Shown here piece after piece: positions 26,057-39,143 of a DNA stretch of 64,000 nt. This DNA is from Bigelowiella natans CCMP2755. Lineage: Eukaryota; Protista; Cercozoa. Numbering within the stretch: the stretch's first letter is position 1; each line of letters starts with the position of its first letter. The translations under genes and the position numbers were made by a program. The stretch covers positions 43,053-107,052 of the forward strand of contig ADNK01001859.1 in assembly GCA_000320545.1 (NCBI GenBank). The letters run 5' to 3'. Below the pieces are notes generated by a model. That model did no database searches and was not told where the DNA came from. It was given only the letters and a program-made list of their open reading frames with translations.

Positions 26057-27551
26057 CAGACAGTACCGTAGATCCAATGCCCGAAGTGCCTCCATGGATA
26101 AGTATTGAATCACCACGTTGTAGATGCTCCCCGAAGATGTTGCTCTGTGTGTGTGGGAGGGGGGGGGGGGGTGACTATCAGTTCATATGCAAGAAATGCG
26201 TGTCGCACCACCAGCCCTAGCACGTCTCAGGAAAGTTCCTTACTTCAATGTAATAATACCCCCTGCCCTTTGCTGTTGTTGTTGTTGTTGTTATGTATGG
26301 AGGAATGACAATACTAACAGACAACACGACCTGCTGGAAGAGGTTGTGCCACACTGTGAAGTATGTTTCGGCTACGCATCCAGCAGTGATCATCTAATCA
26401 TAGGACAAGGACAACAGTAGGAGACGCGAAGAAGAAGGACTATAATGATACCTGGAGGGAGAGCGATAATATGGAATCGGCTGCGTTGGCTAGATTGGGG
26501 CCTCCCTCCTCCCCCCCCCCCCCTCTCTCTACTTACGTTCATATTCTCCGGGATGGGCAAACACTGACCATACGGCACTGCACAGTACTCGCTATAGCCT
26601 CCTCCATTAGCTAATGCAAGTACACGAGCGCCGATCTCCAGATAGCTTGATGAGGGGGAGCTTTGAATGCTGCCTGCAAGTAGGGCATGCGAGTAGCAAT
26701 TACACAGAGTTTCACAGAAGAAAACACACATACACACTACGCCAGGCCGCACCCGGAGGAACTTTATCTCCTACCGCCACAATGGTCCCTGCTACTTCAA
26801 GACCGAGGATGTCAGAGTGGCCCGGGGGGGGGGGATAGAGCCCCATGCGCTGCGTAGTAGATCATTACTCATACAAAACTCAATAGCACACCCACGAGTT
26901 TTACCGAATACAACGGCTTACTAATTTATTTTTTTGAGTAATCTTTGTGTGTGTGTGTGTTGTGTGTGTGAACGTATAAAATAAGTGTTTCGATCATGGA
27001 AAAAAGTTAATCTCCGCAACAGCTAGGATCGTTTGATTAACCTGAAGTACATCTGGGCGATTTATGCCAGCTGCTTCAACTTTAATGAGTACTTCTTCGG
27101 GGCCAACCTGAGGGTTCGTTAGGATGCATCAAAGATCCTACAGAGTCTTCAGTGTTCCAGGAACTAAGATGGTAATTCTGCCCAGAAGCTACTGTATCAG
27201 AAAATGGGCTAGTATGCATGCATATTTATTCTATTTTACGATGATTTTCTGGTATGGGAGAGAGCAATGGCAGGTACCGGCATTCTTTTTCCACAATCTG
27301 CCGCAACTTTGTTATGACGTGCTATTACTTACAACCTTTGGAGTTGGCACTGTGCTTGAGAGAGTAAGAGCGTCGGGGGAAGGACGCCGAGGCCTCCCTT
27401 TCTCATCGACACCCTCCGGTGGAGTCACCACAACCGCTCGCATAGATTCTGGGATTGTGGTCTCAATCCTGTTTTCATAACCACAGATTTTCTTCTTAGA
27501 CGTCTTATCTTTGCGTACGAATTGAGAATTCGTTGATTTTTGTGTTTTCAT
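23985..27551 (-). CDS. NAD(P)H quinone oxidoreductase, PIG3/TP53I3-like (MDR family)
   Basis: MRAVVVT; EVLIKVEAAGINRPDVLQ; YPPPPGHSDILGLEVAG; ALANGGGYSEY; VHGGTSGIG; IAGSTLRAR; last exon ESNAHIGKIALTWQHL*. Start approximate. Confidence 0.9.
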
Positions 27552-28151
27552 TACGCAGTGGAAGTAGCCAGTCTTCGTGTTTGGTTCCTTATGCCTTTAG
27601 AGACTCGATGGTGTAGTCTTTTAGGGAACGGCAACGATTTTCTAATGATCGTCGCTGCCCTCATAATTGCGAGCCGTTTATTTTCTGTTTGTGAATACCT
27701 TAAAGCAGCAGATTCAATTCGTCAATCATGGGGGAGGGATGCGATCAACAAGCACTCCGATCATGCTCTCGGAGCGTTAAACCTTCTTGCAGAAGAATGA
27801 TCAGTTTGTGTCGGTTAGTCTCACGAACGCGAAAATGGCCAATTTAGAGTTGCGACAGTAAAATAATCGAGCAGCCATGGTATTTTAGGTCCAGAAACAG
27901 CCTCTTCGATGGAATAATTCCTCTCTTCCGAAGAGAAATGAAGAAGAAAAGAAATTAATGAGTTTGAACTAGATCTAAGACCATGCACGGGAGCAGGGAA
28001 TACTGGACACGTGATACTTTCAGTATGCGGCATGGAAATCGGCATGACGTAGCACGAATACTTCATGCATTTTGACTTATTTTATATCATCGGGAAATAA
28101 CTTGCGAGCGCTCAATCAGCCAGCTTGTTCGACTCGCCACGCTTCTAAGCA

Positions 28152-28617
28152 ATGACTAAGGGTGGGGGAGGGGATGATGGGAGCTCCTCGGAATCGTCGT
28201 TGTTCGAGATACTTCAACCCATGTCGAAGAAGCGACGAAAGAGGGTATAGTTTGATTTGGGTGTAGCGTCTAATTTTTACGGCCTTTGCCATCACTTGCA
28301 GCTAATTCTTCGTCAAGCAGCTATTCTTCGACACGCTCGTGCACTTCAACCACTTATATCCCTCTTTCGCCACCTTTCTTCCCCAACACTCGCTTAGGAG
28401 ACAATAGAACTAAACAGCCCCCAGAAGACGAAAGAATCGAAGGACTACTCGATGAGGAAGAGGAGGAGAAGCAGCAGAATCGCTGCTCCGAATACGCGGC
28501 AAAGGTAAAAATGAAAGTTCGAAAGAACCTTCAAAGGAAGGGTTGCCAATATCATTTGGAAGAGAGACTGCAGATACACCCTTTTTCCTTTCTTGCTCAC
28601 CTGCAACCATCATTGAG

Positions 28618-28651
<34 letters not shown>

Positions 28652-30218
28652 ACGCACACACATGCAAAATGCACACTCTTCCAATCAGATCATTAGAGGA
28701 GTCATTCAGAAAAAAGGAGAGCAATCTGTCGGCTGCAACAAGGAAACTACGCGGAGCTTCTTCCACCAACACCACTGCAAGCACTTCCTCCTCCTCCTCC
28801 TCCTCTAAAACTCAACGACGGTGGTCACGACCTCCTACTCAATTCAAGCATGAAACAATAATACGGCTGCAGAAGGTTGTAATGAAGAAACTGTATGGAC
28901 TCAACAAAATGTGCAAATGGTTGTATTAGCTGAAATAATGATAGAGATGAATAATCCTCCTTTTTTTAATTCCCTTCTCCTACTTCTTCTTCTATTTTCC
29001 CTTCTTTTACCTCTTATTCTGTTTGCCTCCTGTGTCATCATTGCGTATTGACAACGATGCCATTGATTATTTGTTTTATGCTACAAGCGAATCTCGCTGC
29101 ACAAGGCGATATCAGAGAGAATAAGGAAAATACTAGGCGACAAGCAACGAGGTAGAAGCGACAATAATGACTACGGAAAAATCGATAATCCTATGGAAGA
29201 GAAGGATTCGGAACAAGGTTATGTAGATGGCCCACGTTCCCAAGCAAAGACTGCCCAAGGAACCAATTCATACTACGAAAATGACACGGACGACGACCAC
29301 GATAGTATTGAGGAGCTCGCTCTCCCTCACACGCAGATTACAGACGAATCGTTGCCAGCTACATTGGAGGGAGGACAGGACACCGATGATGACATCGATG
29401 ACGATGCTGCAGCTCAAGAGAAACATGTTTCCACAAGTGGAGACATGAATAAAAAGAAAAGACCGTTACCAACAGCAGGGGCATCATCATCATCATCATC
29501 ACCATTCCATCCCAAACGCAGAAAGAAGTCATCATCCTCATCACCATCATCATCACTGTCATCGACACTACCGTCAATAGCAGAACCCAACCAGCACCAG
29601 CACCAGCACCAGCACCAGCACCAGCAGCAGCGTGAAAAAGAGCCGAACCACAAATATAAAAGAGAGGGCAAAGACGGGGTTGTTTCAGATGTGAACGATA
29701 GCAGTAAGAACCCCTCCCCAAACAGGAGGATGCCAAGCACCACCGCCATTGATGATAATGATGATGATAATGGTGGTAGTCTGGGGGCGGCTGGTGACGA
29801 TGAGCGAGGATCGGAATGTTGTCCGCAAAGTAGTAGCGATATGAAGAACAACAGCAAGAAGAAGAAGGTGAAGAAGAAAGTAGTGATCCAATACCAGAAA
29901 GCAGGAGCTGATACGGCACTAGCACAAAATAAGGAAATTATTATGAGGAGGCAACAGCAGAGTCCTCTTCAAGGAAAGATGGCCTTGCTTATAGATAGTG
30001 ATAATATTGACGATGGTGATGATAATGGCCATCAGGACGATGACATAAAGAACTGCGACAAACAACTTAGAAAAGCTGAACGACGGCAAGACCAACGGCA
30101 TGGGAACAAAACGGAAAAGGCGACGATGACGATGACGATGACGACGATGCTGAATTGCATCATCTGCGACAAACAAGTTCCAGAGGATAAGGTTGTGTGT
30201 TGTTGTGACAGCTAGGAC

Positions 30219-30250
<32 letters not shown>

Positions 30251-30573
30251 GAGTAGTTCGGGGTGCATAGGAGGAGGAGGAGGAGGAGGAGGAGGAGGCT
30301 GTGAGCGATAGGAAGGGCCGTCATCATCCCCTTTCTAGGATTATTAAAGTCTTTTGATTTTTCGCTGCTGCTACTGTTGTTAATATTTGTTTATGCGTTC
30401 TATGCGTGGCAGTTTCAAGCCCACGTGACATCGTGTGTTGACCGGAAGGAGAAGCAGGACGAAGAGGTACTTTAGCAGCAACAAGGGACAACACGAACAA
30501 CAAACAATGCATCCTCTTTGCGTTGGGATGATGATGATGTGCCGAGACGATGAGTAAGGAAGAAGAGAGGAAG

Positions 30574-30618
<45 letters not shown>

Positions 30619-31290
30619 CTCATACATCATCTTTAGGCATATTTGCGTCCACACAGCTGCTATGACTTTAATGATACCTACTACTGCTGATTCTCCAGGA
30701 AGCATCTATGAGACTTGCAATGAAGCTGCAGAAAGAAGAAGAAGAAGAAGAAGAAGAAGAAAGAGAACAACGAGAACATGGAGGAGGAGGAGGAGATCGA
30801 CGCAGAAGAAAAAGGAAAACAGGAGGAGCGACAGGTGCAAAATCACGACGACAAAACAAGAACAACGGTGATAATGATCCTATTATATTTGGAGGGCGAC
30901 GCCGTGGAAAAAGGAGACTTCTTCGCAATATTGGGCAGCGAAAGAAAATGGAACAAAAAGAGGTTCTATTACGTTTCTATGGACATATGGACAAGTTATC
31001 ATCAATTTATCGTCTCTGCTACATGTTTAGCCCCCCTAATCTATCGTCATTATGTGTCGAATAAGCCGTCATTTTTACGCACAGCATGCTGTACATTTCA
31101 TCAGGACGACGTTGAAGTACTGAAGGATGAATTTGCGTTTGATGGAAAGGATACCAGCGATGAGCACGATAATGCTGCTGCTACTGCCGATGAATTGAAA
31201 AAGCCTGAGGAGGAAATTTTGCACGATGACGACGAGGCGAAGGAGGGGATCAATTTGCAATCGAAATGGCAACGATCCCAAGAGTACTGA
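28152..31290 (+). CDS. Low-complexity nuclear protein with a Rad18-type UBZ zinc finger and a UIM/MIU-like helix
   Basis: Spliced CIICDKQVPEDK|FQAHVTSC (C-x2-C-x11-H-x3-C) across the intron at ~30192-30412; EASMRLAMKLQKEEE; basic NLS-like runs (KKRRKR, PKRRKK). Confidence 0.55.
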
Positions 31291-31397
31291 TAAGCTACCA
31301 TGTCTAGATGTCATTGTATCCGTTGTTTTCTTGGCCCTCACTCGCGTGTGTGTGGAGAGCATAAATCTGTACTATCCATGGCTGCTGGCAGCTAGTA

Positions 31398-31475
31398 GCA
31401 GCATGTACCCGCAGCATGTACCCGCAGCATGTACCCGCAGCATGTACCCGCAGCATGTACCCGCAGCATGTACCC
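31398..31475. repeat. Minisatellite, 6 perfect copies of GCAGCATGTACCC (13 bp)
   Basis: Read directly from the sequence; no spacers. Confidence 0.95.
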
Positions 31476-32087
31476 TTCTAGTCTATGTTACTCCGATTCC
31501 TTAATTATGTTTCACATGTGCGGCTGTGGGAAGGCGCAGGCACCGGGCGTGTGGCTACATAAATGTGGGTCTTTGCCTATCATGTGCGATGCGTCGGTAG
31601 TGGCATCGATGAGCCAGATTGAGTTTAATATAATTTTTTCTAATATATCTCTCTGATAACCCAGCATGTTACACAGCATGTTGCAATAAGGCTAGCTAGC
31701 TAGCAGGCATGCTCCACGCAATGCAAAGTGCAACGATTCATGCTGCACAGGCAGTATGAGAATCAAATGTGAGCAAGCAAGGCTGAAATTGGCGCATGCA
31801 CACGTGCACAATTGTACTCGCGCAAAATAAGCGTTCTGCCTGCGAGCAAAGTTTTAAACTTGCGTAGACAAGGTCTATAGGTCAGAGCGCAACATGCTCC
31901 ATTTGGGGATCGATTAATCTCTTCAGTTTTTGTTCAGATTGAACATACTACTTGTCACACAACATCCATATTTGCCTGGTAACACATTCCTGATGCATTG
32001 TTTTGCATCCGAATATAAGGCTACCACTTATATCAGCACCGCAAGCAGACCCACCATACGATAATACAAGCGTATGTCAGTTATATA

Positions 32088-32156
32088 TTAAGCCCATGTC
32101 TCTTGAACGTAACGTCTCTTTGAATCCAGCCTTGAAGAGAGATGAAATGTAATTAA

Positions 32157-32205
<49 letters not shown>

Positions 32206-33348
32206 GAGAGAGAAGGAGAGAGGAGAGAGAAGGAGAGAGGAGAGAGAAGGAGAGAATATCTGTCATTCTCATCAAACGTCACACCTTAGCATAAACAATT
32301 TCGCTTCCTTTTCCGTCATTTTCCCCATCACACGAACGATCTCTCGCACCTGATAATTAAGCAGACTCATTTATCCTTATCGTCGCTGTTGCCACACATT
32401 GGAAATAATATCACAACAGATTCTTAAATGATCTCTCATCCTTTTGTCGACCTGATTCCTCACATCATTAGGCATCTTCTGTGCATTCCCAGCAAGCATG
32501 AAATGTCCTGATAAGTTAAATAATTAGCATTGGGTGATTATGGACGTATCAATGCACATCGTGGTACCATCGTCGCCTCACTATCACCACCACTAACACC
32601 ACCAACAGCATCGTATGCACTAAAAGCTCCTAGCCATCCAACCTTGTCTCTTTCCAAGAACTTCCCATATAATCTCCTTCTGCTCGGCAAGTTTGTGTTG
32701 AACGTATACCTGCCAATCAGAATTATCATCACCACCACCACCACCACCACCAGCACGTTGTAGAAGCAGGCAGGATCAACAACCTTCTTTTCTGTATCCC
32801 TTGAGAATGCTGCATAGAAGCCGGAGATGGTTCTCTGCTCCTCTTCTTCCTCCACCTCTACTTCCTTCTTCTGGCTCTTGTTGCCATCATCATCACCATC
32901 ATCATCCCGGTTGTGAGCACCGCACATCTGATTCCATTCCTAATGATCAAAGAGGTACGATTATATTCGTCATAGTGCAAACACAGGCAGCAAGATACTT
33001 TATATGTCACAGCAGCAGAGCAGCTACAACTAGTTACCTTTTCATACAGAAAGTCCTTCTTCCTATACCGATTACCAAAGAACACATAGATGTTGTTGCT
33101 GCTGCTACCTCTACCTGCAGCATCACCTAATGATGATGATGATGATGATTAAAACCACATGAAGAAAGAAACCATCTGGAGGATGTGAGCAATTTGACCG
33201 TACCTTTCTCCTTATCACACGACCCCACACCGTTTCTTCTTGTTTTGCTGTGTAGTAGCAAGTGCTGCTGGCGTTGTTGACACATCGACATAAATGGAGC
33301 TATTCCCGTGCCAGGCCCCACCATGATAACAGGCTAACACAGCAATTA

Positions 33349-33380
<32 letters not shown>

Positions 33381-34022
33381 ATAGTGTCATACAGCCATAC
33401 CACAACATACAACCAAATGAATAGTGAGGCAGTGATGGGAAGGAGTAGCAGCGAACAATCAACATCAGATATAGCATCGTAGCAAAAACGACTACTACTA
33501 CTACTACTACTACTACTACTGCTACTACTGCTACTACTGCTACTATTGCTCCAACTACCTTCGTCAGATCTGCAGGCATACGAAAGCTTCCCTTGCTATC
33601 TCAAGTCAAACAAACAAAGTATATAGTATGTGTGTGTGTGTGTGTGTGTGTGTCTTTCATATAAACTTTACATAACATGCACGCATATTCTATAAAGTCC
33701 AAAGAAATGCCAAAAAGCGACGACCTGAACGATACAGGCACCAGAAACTTAGTCCCTTCCTCCTTTCCTTCCTTTGGATCCAAGCTCGCAAGCGTATTAT
33801 TGCGTGCAAGAACAGCAATCATCTGCAGGAATATACCGCCGTCTATATGTCCGTGTAGTTGTGTGTGTGTGTGTGTGTGTTTGTGACTTTCATGGATATA
33901 GTAGCAGCAGAAACAGGAACAAGAACTACCATGATGAGCAAATGCCCTCCTTCTGTCGTTTAAAAGGCGTTTTGTATGATACGACAGCCATGCAGATATG
34001 CGCCTGTTGTATATAAATATAT

Positions 34023-34057
<35 letters not shown>

Positions 34058-34609
34058 GTGTGTGTCTAACAACAAATTAACATTAACATTATCACCATTC
34101 TATCTAATAGCAGGACATCCCTTGAATTAGCTTCTACTTTGAGAATTTAATTGTGATCGCAATGACCTGGTTCGGGTACTTTAAGCAGGAAGATGCGATC
34201 GAAAATTGCCGAGCCTTTTGACACCCGTTATCATAATCATCACAATCACTCACATCTGCTGTCGGTCAGAAGATGGTTAAATTTATACAACAGCGACAAG
34301 CGGGGTGAGGAATTGTTGGCTCTCTACTGGTGTCTTTGGTTCAGTTGATTTATCACGGAAATTAAACTTTTTGTACAGTAGTCTTCCCGATAAAACCCCT
34401 TACCACCACCACCACCACTACCACCGCCAACCATCACCCCCCACCTTGATTCTGGGTATATGAGAGATTAAGTAGCTCAAAGGCAGCTTCATCACCGAAA
34501 ACAAACAGCACGAGGGCACCAAGGCAGCAGTTATGTCTCAATCAGTGCATGTTATAATACCGTCAAATCAGGTCGACGATATTTGGAAGAAAAAGCGTAT
34601 TGGAATCTC

Positions 34610-34657
<48 letters not shown>

Positions 34658-34991
34658 TTCTTCTTCGATCCATCTCTCACATACATGCTGACTGACAACG
34701 ATGGATTAGACCTGTTTTGATACGATGCTGGCTGCTGCTACTAATACTACAACATTTACTACCATTACACTGCTACCTCTGCTGATTTGAAATCTTGAAG
34801 AACCTGCATCATTATCATCGTCGTTGTCGTCATCATCATCATTACCACAATCATTAAGAGCGATTTTGACAACGATGAAGCCATGCAGGAAGGAGAAGAA
34901 GGAGAGGGAGAGGCGCGTTTGAAGACGATAAAAAAGTACATGCTGCGGGGGAAAATGGGGTCAAATAATAAATACACAATATGCATGCAGC

Positions 34992-35037
<46 letters not shown>

Positions 35038-36805
35038 CTACTATAAAAATCAACGTTCATGCCACCTCCAAATATGTCCTCTTCTCCCTCTGATTGTAGA
35101 CGTATAAATCCAGCTAAAAGAAAGAGTGTGAGTTATTTACAGCGATGGCGTCGGTACGGTAGCATGTACGTGATTGTGACAAAATCATAAGTATACATGC
35201 AACAGCTACCTGTCCTTCGGCGGAAACGAATTCCTCCAGCTTCTCCCTTAAAGATGAGATGGTTAGTTTAAAGGAGGAAGAAGAACAAGAACAAAAAGAA
35301 AAAGAGCATCGAAGGAGGATCATATCAGCTCGAAGCACAACGCAGAAGCAGCAGCAGCAGCAGGAGCAGCAGATGGTGATGATGTGGACTTGCTTGCGAA
35401 CTTGTAGTAGCATTGAAAGAATGGCGATAAAACGCAAGGAGAACAAGTTGTTCGCAGGACGATGAAGAGCAGGTTGTGAAATCGAGGATTACTTTTGCAT
35501 CTCGTCCGAGGCGAAGTGGGCCAGCACCTTATTACACCGGGGGGGGGGGGGGGGTAAGGGGGGAGGTAGTATGTTCATGCCCGCGCACACATCATCACTT
35601 CTATTAAACATTCCTGATGGAATGGCCATCGTCATCATCACCAGGGTCATCATCATCACCGCTATCATGATATGGAAGTAAGCACCAAGCAGGCAATTTC
35701 ATACTCGACCCACATCTACTACGTGTCCAGCAACTATCACAACTAATGATCTCTGCTGCTACTGATACCAGGCACAACTACTACTACTACTTCTACTACT
35801 ACCTCAAAAAAGTATCTTCCCGGTGTACCAAATACGTCTGAACAACAATAACAACAAATTATGGCAACGGCGACGGTGATGGCGACGACGACGAAAGATA
35901 TATTTGTAAGATAGGCAGTAACAAACAGAATCTTGAGCGTACTGACCGAGGTATATTGTGAATAGGTCAATAGCGGATATGAGAGAAGGCAGCGTAGAAG
36001 ATAAACCTGCGGCAATGATCATATCTCTCATGGACGATGATTATAAATCATGCAAACCAATCGAGACATCGTGACCCATGACCTATTATTTCCTCTCATG
36101 ATCGTTACAATGATCATCATCATGATCGACATCATCACCATCATCATCATCGTCGTCGTCGTCATCCAGATCATTTCTACGAACGCCGAAAACGAATCGC
36201 GGACTGACCCTCTGCACTGAAATCCCTGAGAAATCGGGGGGCTTCCTCATTTACCGCGATCGATATCATCTACCCGCCGATGATCAAAACAGAGACAAAT
36301 GAGCGAACGGTGGAGGGAGGGGCTAATACTGGAGAAAGAGGAGAGTATTATAAGAGACAGAGAGGAAGCATCGCTCCTCTCTCCGAGAGGGCTTTCGTGA
36401 ATTTTAAAAAAATGATAAGAGAGATGTTTGTAGAACTACAAATATGGGGTGGGGCGGAGGAGACGAAAACTAAGTAAATATTGCTGTAGTGGAAAATGTT
36501 GGAGTTGGATATGCTACTAATACATCGTTTGGGTCGAGGCCAAGCTGCTCTAGAGCTTTCAAAACGCCTAACAATGTCAATTGAACAGCATATTCAAATC
36601 ACTCGTTTCGGATGAAGACTTGCAAAAAAAAGACGACGAATCGAAGAATCGGAAGGTGTGAGATCATCGAGGAGTCGAAAGCCCCTTCTTTTCTTCTTGT
36701 TGTTGTTTTCTTTGCAGCAGAACATTCAAGATTCTGATAACACCGCTCATCCTGGCCTGTGACATGGGCTTCAGGAAAATAACCTTGGCCAATAACATTC
36801 ATTAC

Positions 36806-36836
<31 letters not shown>

Positions 36837-37956
36837 TGTTCTTTGTGTATACTTTTATGATTCTATATATACTGCTACCTCCACGATGATTTTGAGGATA
36901 GACATCTAACACATCTCCGGGCTCAAAAGATATTGCTGCTACTGCTGGGTGCGACACGTCCTCTAAATCATCATATCGTTCTCCTCCTCCTCCTTTCTGT
37001 TGCTGCCGTCTCCTCCGATCATTGGCAAAGTCGAAAACGATGTGACGAACATCCTTTTAGTAGAGGAGGAGCAAACAAGTAGCTGAGGAAGACAGAACAA
37101 TGCGTTTGGTTTGGTCTTTTTCTTCTTCTTCTCTTTCTCCTTCAATGCTTTTCCTCGCTGTTTCTCTAGTTCTCGTTCCTACGTATTACTACCTGCGAGT
37201 GGTCCGCAGCCGTGAGCCTCCTGTTTTCAATAATCTCTCCCAGAAGAATCTAGCAAAGCCACAACACAAAAGAGTGATATATGCATAGTACACTACACTT
37301 CAAAATATATTATATTATATATAACAACCGACATGAGACAGGCAGACAGGGGCAATGACAGCAAGCATGGAGAGATCAGTACCACACTCACGAAAGCCAT
37401 ATCATTCAGCCACAACAACCCACCTCTTTTCTATTAGAGAATGACTGTAGTTGTTTCGACGATAAGGTCCTGCATAAGGGCAGCGGTGACGCCGAGCATG
37501 ATGACGACGATGGCGTCGTAGAAGAAGAAGAAGAAGAAGATAATGATGCTTTTCCATCCAACCGCTTCTGCTTTTTCGCTGTCTTTACCGTTACAACCTT
37601 TGCCACATATACGGGAGGCAACAATCGACCTCTAGGCAGAGGCTTTAAGCTCTGAGAAAGAAAGAAGAAAAAGGTATTGACGATGAGGAGCCGAAGACCG
37701 TACTATGTACATGATACAATACTGCAACTAATATACTGTACCGAAGGGATCATTTTGTTTAGTTTAGCCCAGAGGCCATCTAACCAGGGATTGAGCTTCT
37801 CTAAGAATAAAAGAAAGGAGGGAGAGAGAGGAGTCAGCAATGCATTGCAAGCACGCTGAGAGTAGTTGATATGCATCGGAGGCTGCTTTACCGTCATATC
37901 CAAGGTTATCTTGGTCATCTCCTAAGCCTCTGGGGTGAAATGCTTCCGCCCCTGTA

Positions 37957-37993
<37 letters not shown>

Positions 37994-39004
37994 ATAATTT
38001 TATATTTCTTTTTTAAAAAAATAACATTGAAGTGTGTGTGTTAGTGGGCATCCATAAATATTTGCCCCATGAAGCACCAGCACAAATTAAAAACTGATGA
38101 TCGATCACCACCTAAGTCGAGCAGTCGCTGATGCAACCTCCGTGCAACAGCATTGTACACCGGATACGAGGAATCACCCAATCCAAATACCGTAAACTGG
38201 GTGGGTGGTATATTTGGGTTCATAGGTGGTAAGTGAATACACTTAAAAGACACACTTTTATTAAAATGTTTGATGTAATTTTTAAAGAATATAATATATA
38301 TAAAAAATTATTAGGTGGACAACGAAGAATTCTATCCTATTTTATCTATCATTATCTTGCTACAAACTTATGAATACTACTGCTACTACTACTACTCCTA
38401 CTGCTACTACTACTTTAAGGGTCTTGAGCGAGCTTCGAGGAATATCCTTCCTCCGGAGGAACCTCCAAAACTTCTGCATGTTTGCTGGCGCCTCTGCCTG
38501 GCCTGATTGACGATGAAGGGTCATTGAGATTCGATCAGATTACGTAATATAAGCCTATATTATCAGTCAAACACCTGTAGTCGAAGCAATAAAAACGACC
38601 AGCTCCTCGGATGGAAGATTGGTTCGATTATAACTAATAGACGGTGTACAATTTGTAAAAGCAGCAGCATCAGAAGCACGGTGCAAAGGAACTCGTTGTT
38701 TGAGTAGCATCCACAACTGAGTGATACCTATCCATAGTCTTCAAATCGGGTTCGAAGTGGTATCGTAGAGACTCTCGTGCCACCCTAAAAAAAGAAGAAG
38801 AAGAGAAAGAAAAAGAAGGGATGATCGCGTCGATAAGAATGAATCAATGCTGAGAACATGTGACTACTGAAAAACTAACCTCTGAGCAACATCACAGGCA
38901 CAACCCGTCTGTGACCCGTACAATATGAGAAGGCGACGAGATGTAGAGGGTGCTACTGGTGAGGGAGCCCCTGTCTTCCCAGCTTGGTGTTTGGAGTCGT
39001 CCAT
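32088..39004 (-). CDS. NDOR1: NADPH-dependent diflavin oxidoreductase 1 (Tah18/ATR3), cytosolic Fe-S assembly
   Basis: Flavodoxin domain ILYGSQTG and VFGLGDSSYPVYN..ARRLHQRLLDLG; GLGDDQ; MVGPGTGIAPF; C-terminal RYVQETWA*. In-frame upstream ATGs up to ~39121 are alternative starts. Confidence 0.92.
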
Positions 39005-39143
39005 CGGGTTTTGACTTCTCTGCTGAAGACAGGAAGGTCCCTCCATCTTCATCGATGTTCTGGGCACAAATTGTTGTCGCAATATCAGAAACGAAGGCTT
39101 ATTCTTTAGAATCATTGGCATCTCGTCCAAACTTTTATCCCTA

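Noticed and set aside
31398-31475. CRISPR-like array
   Set aside because: 13-bp units with no spacers, no cas genes, eukaryotic context.
8767-39004. Functional redox gene cluster (ERO1-FRD, P4H, quinone oxidoreductase, NDOR1)
   Set aside because: Different pathways and compartments, interleaved with unrelated genes; most likely coincidence.
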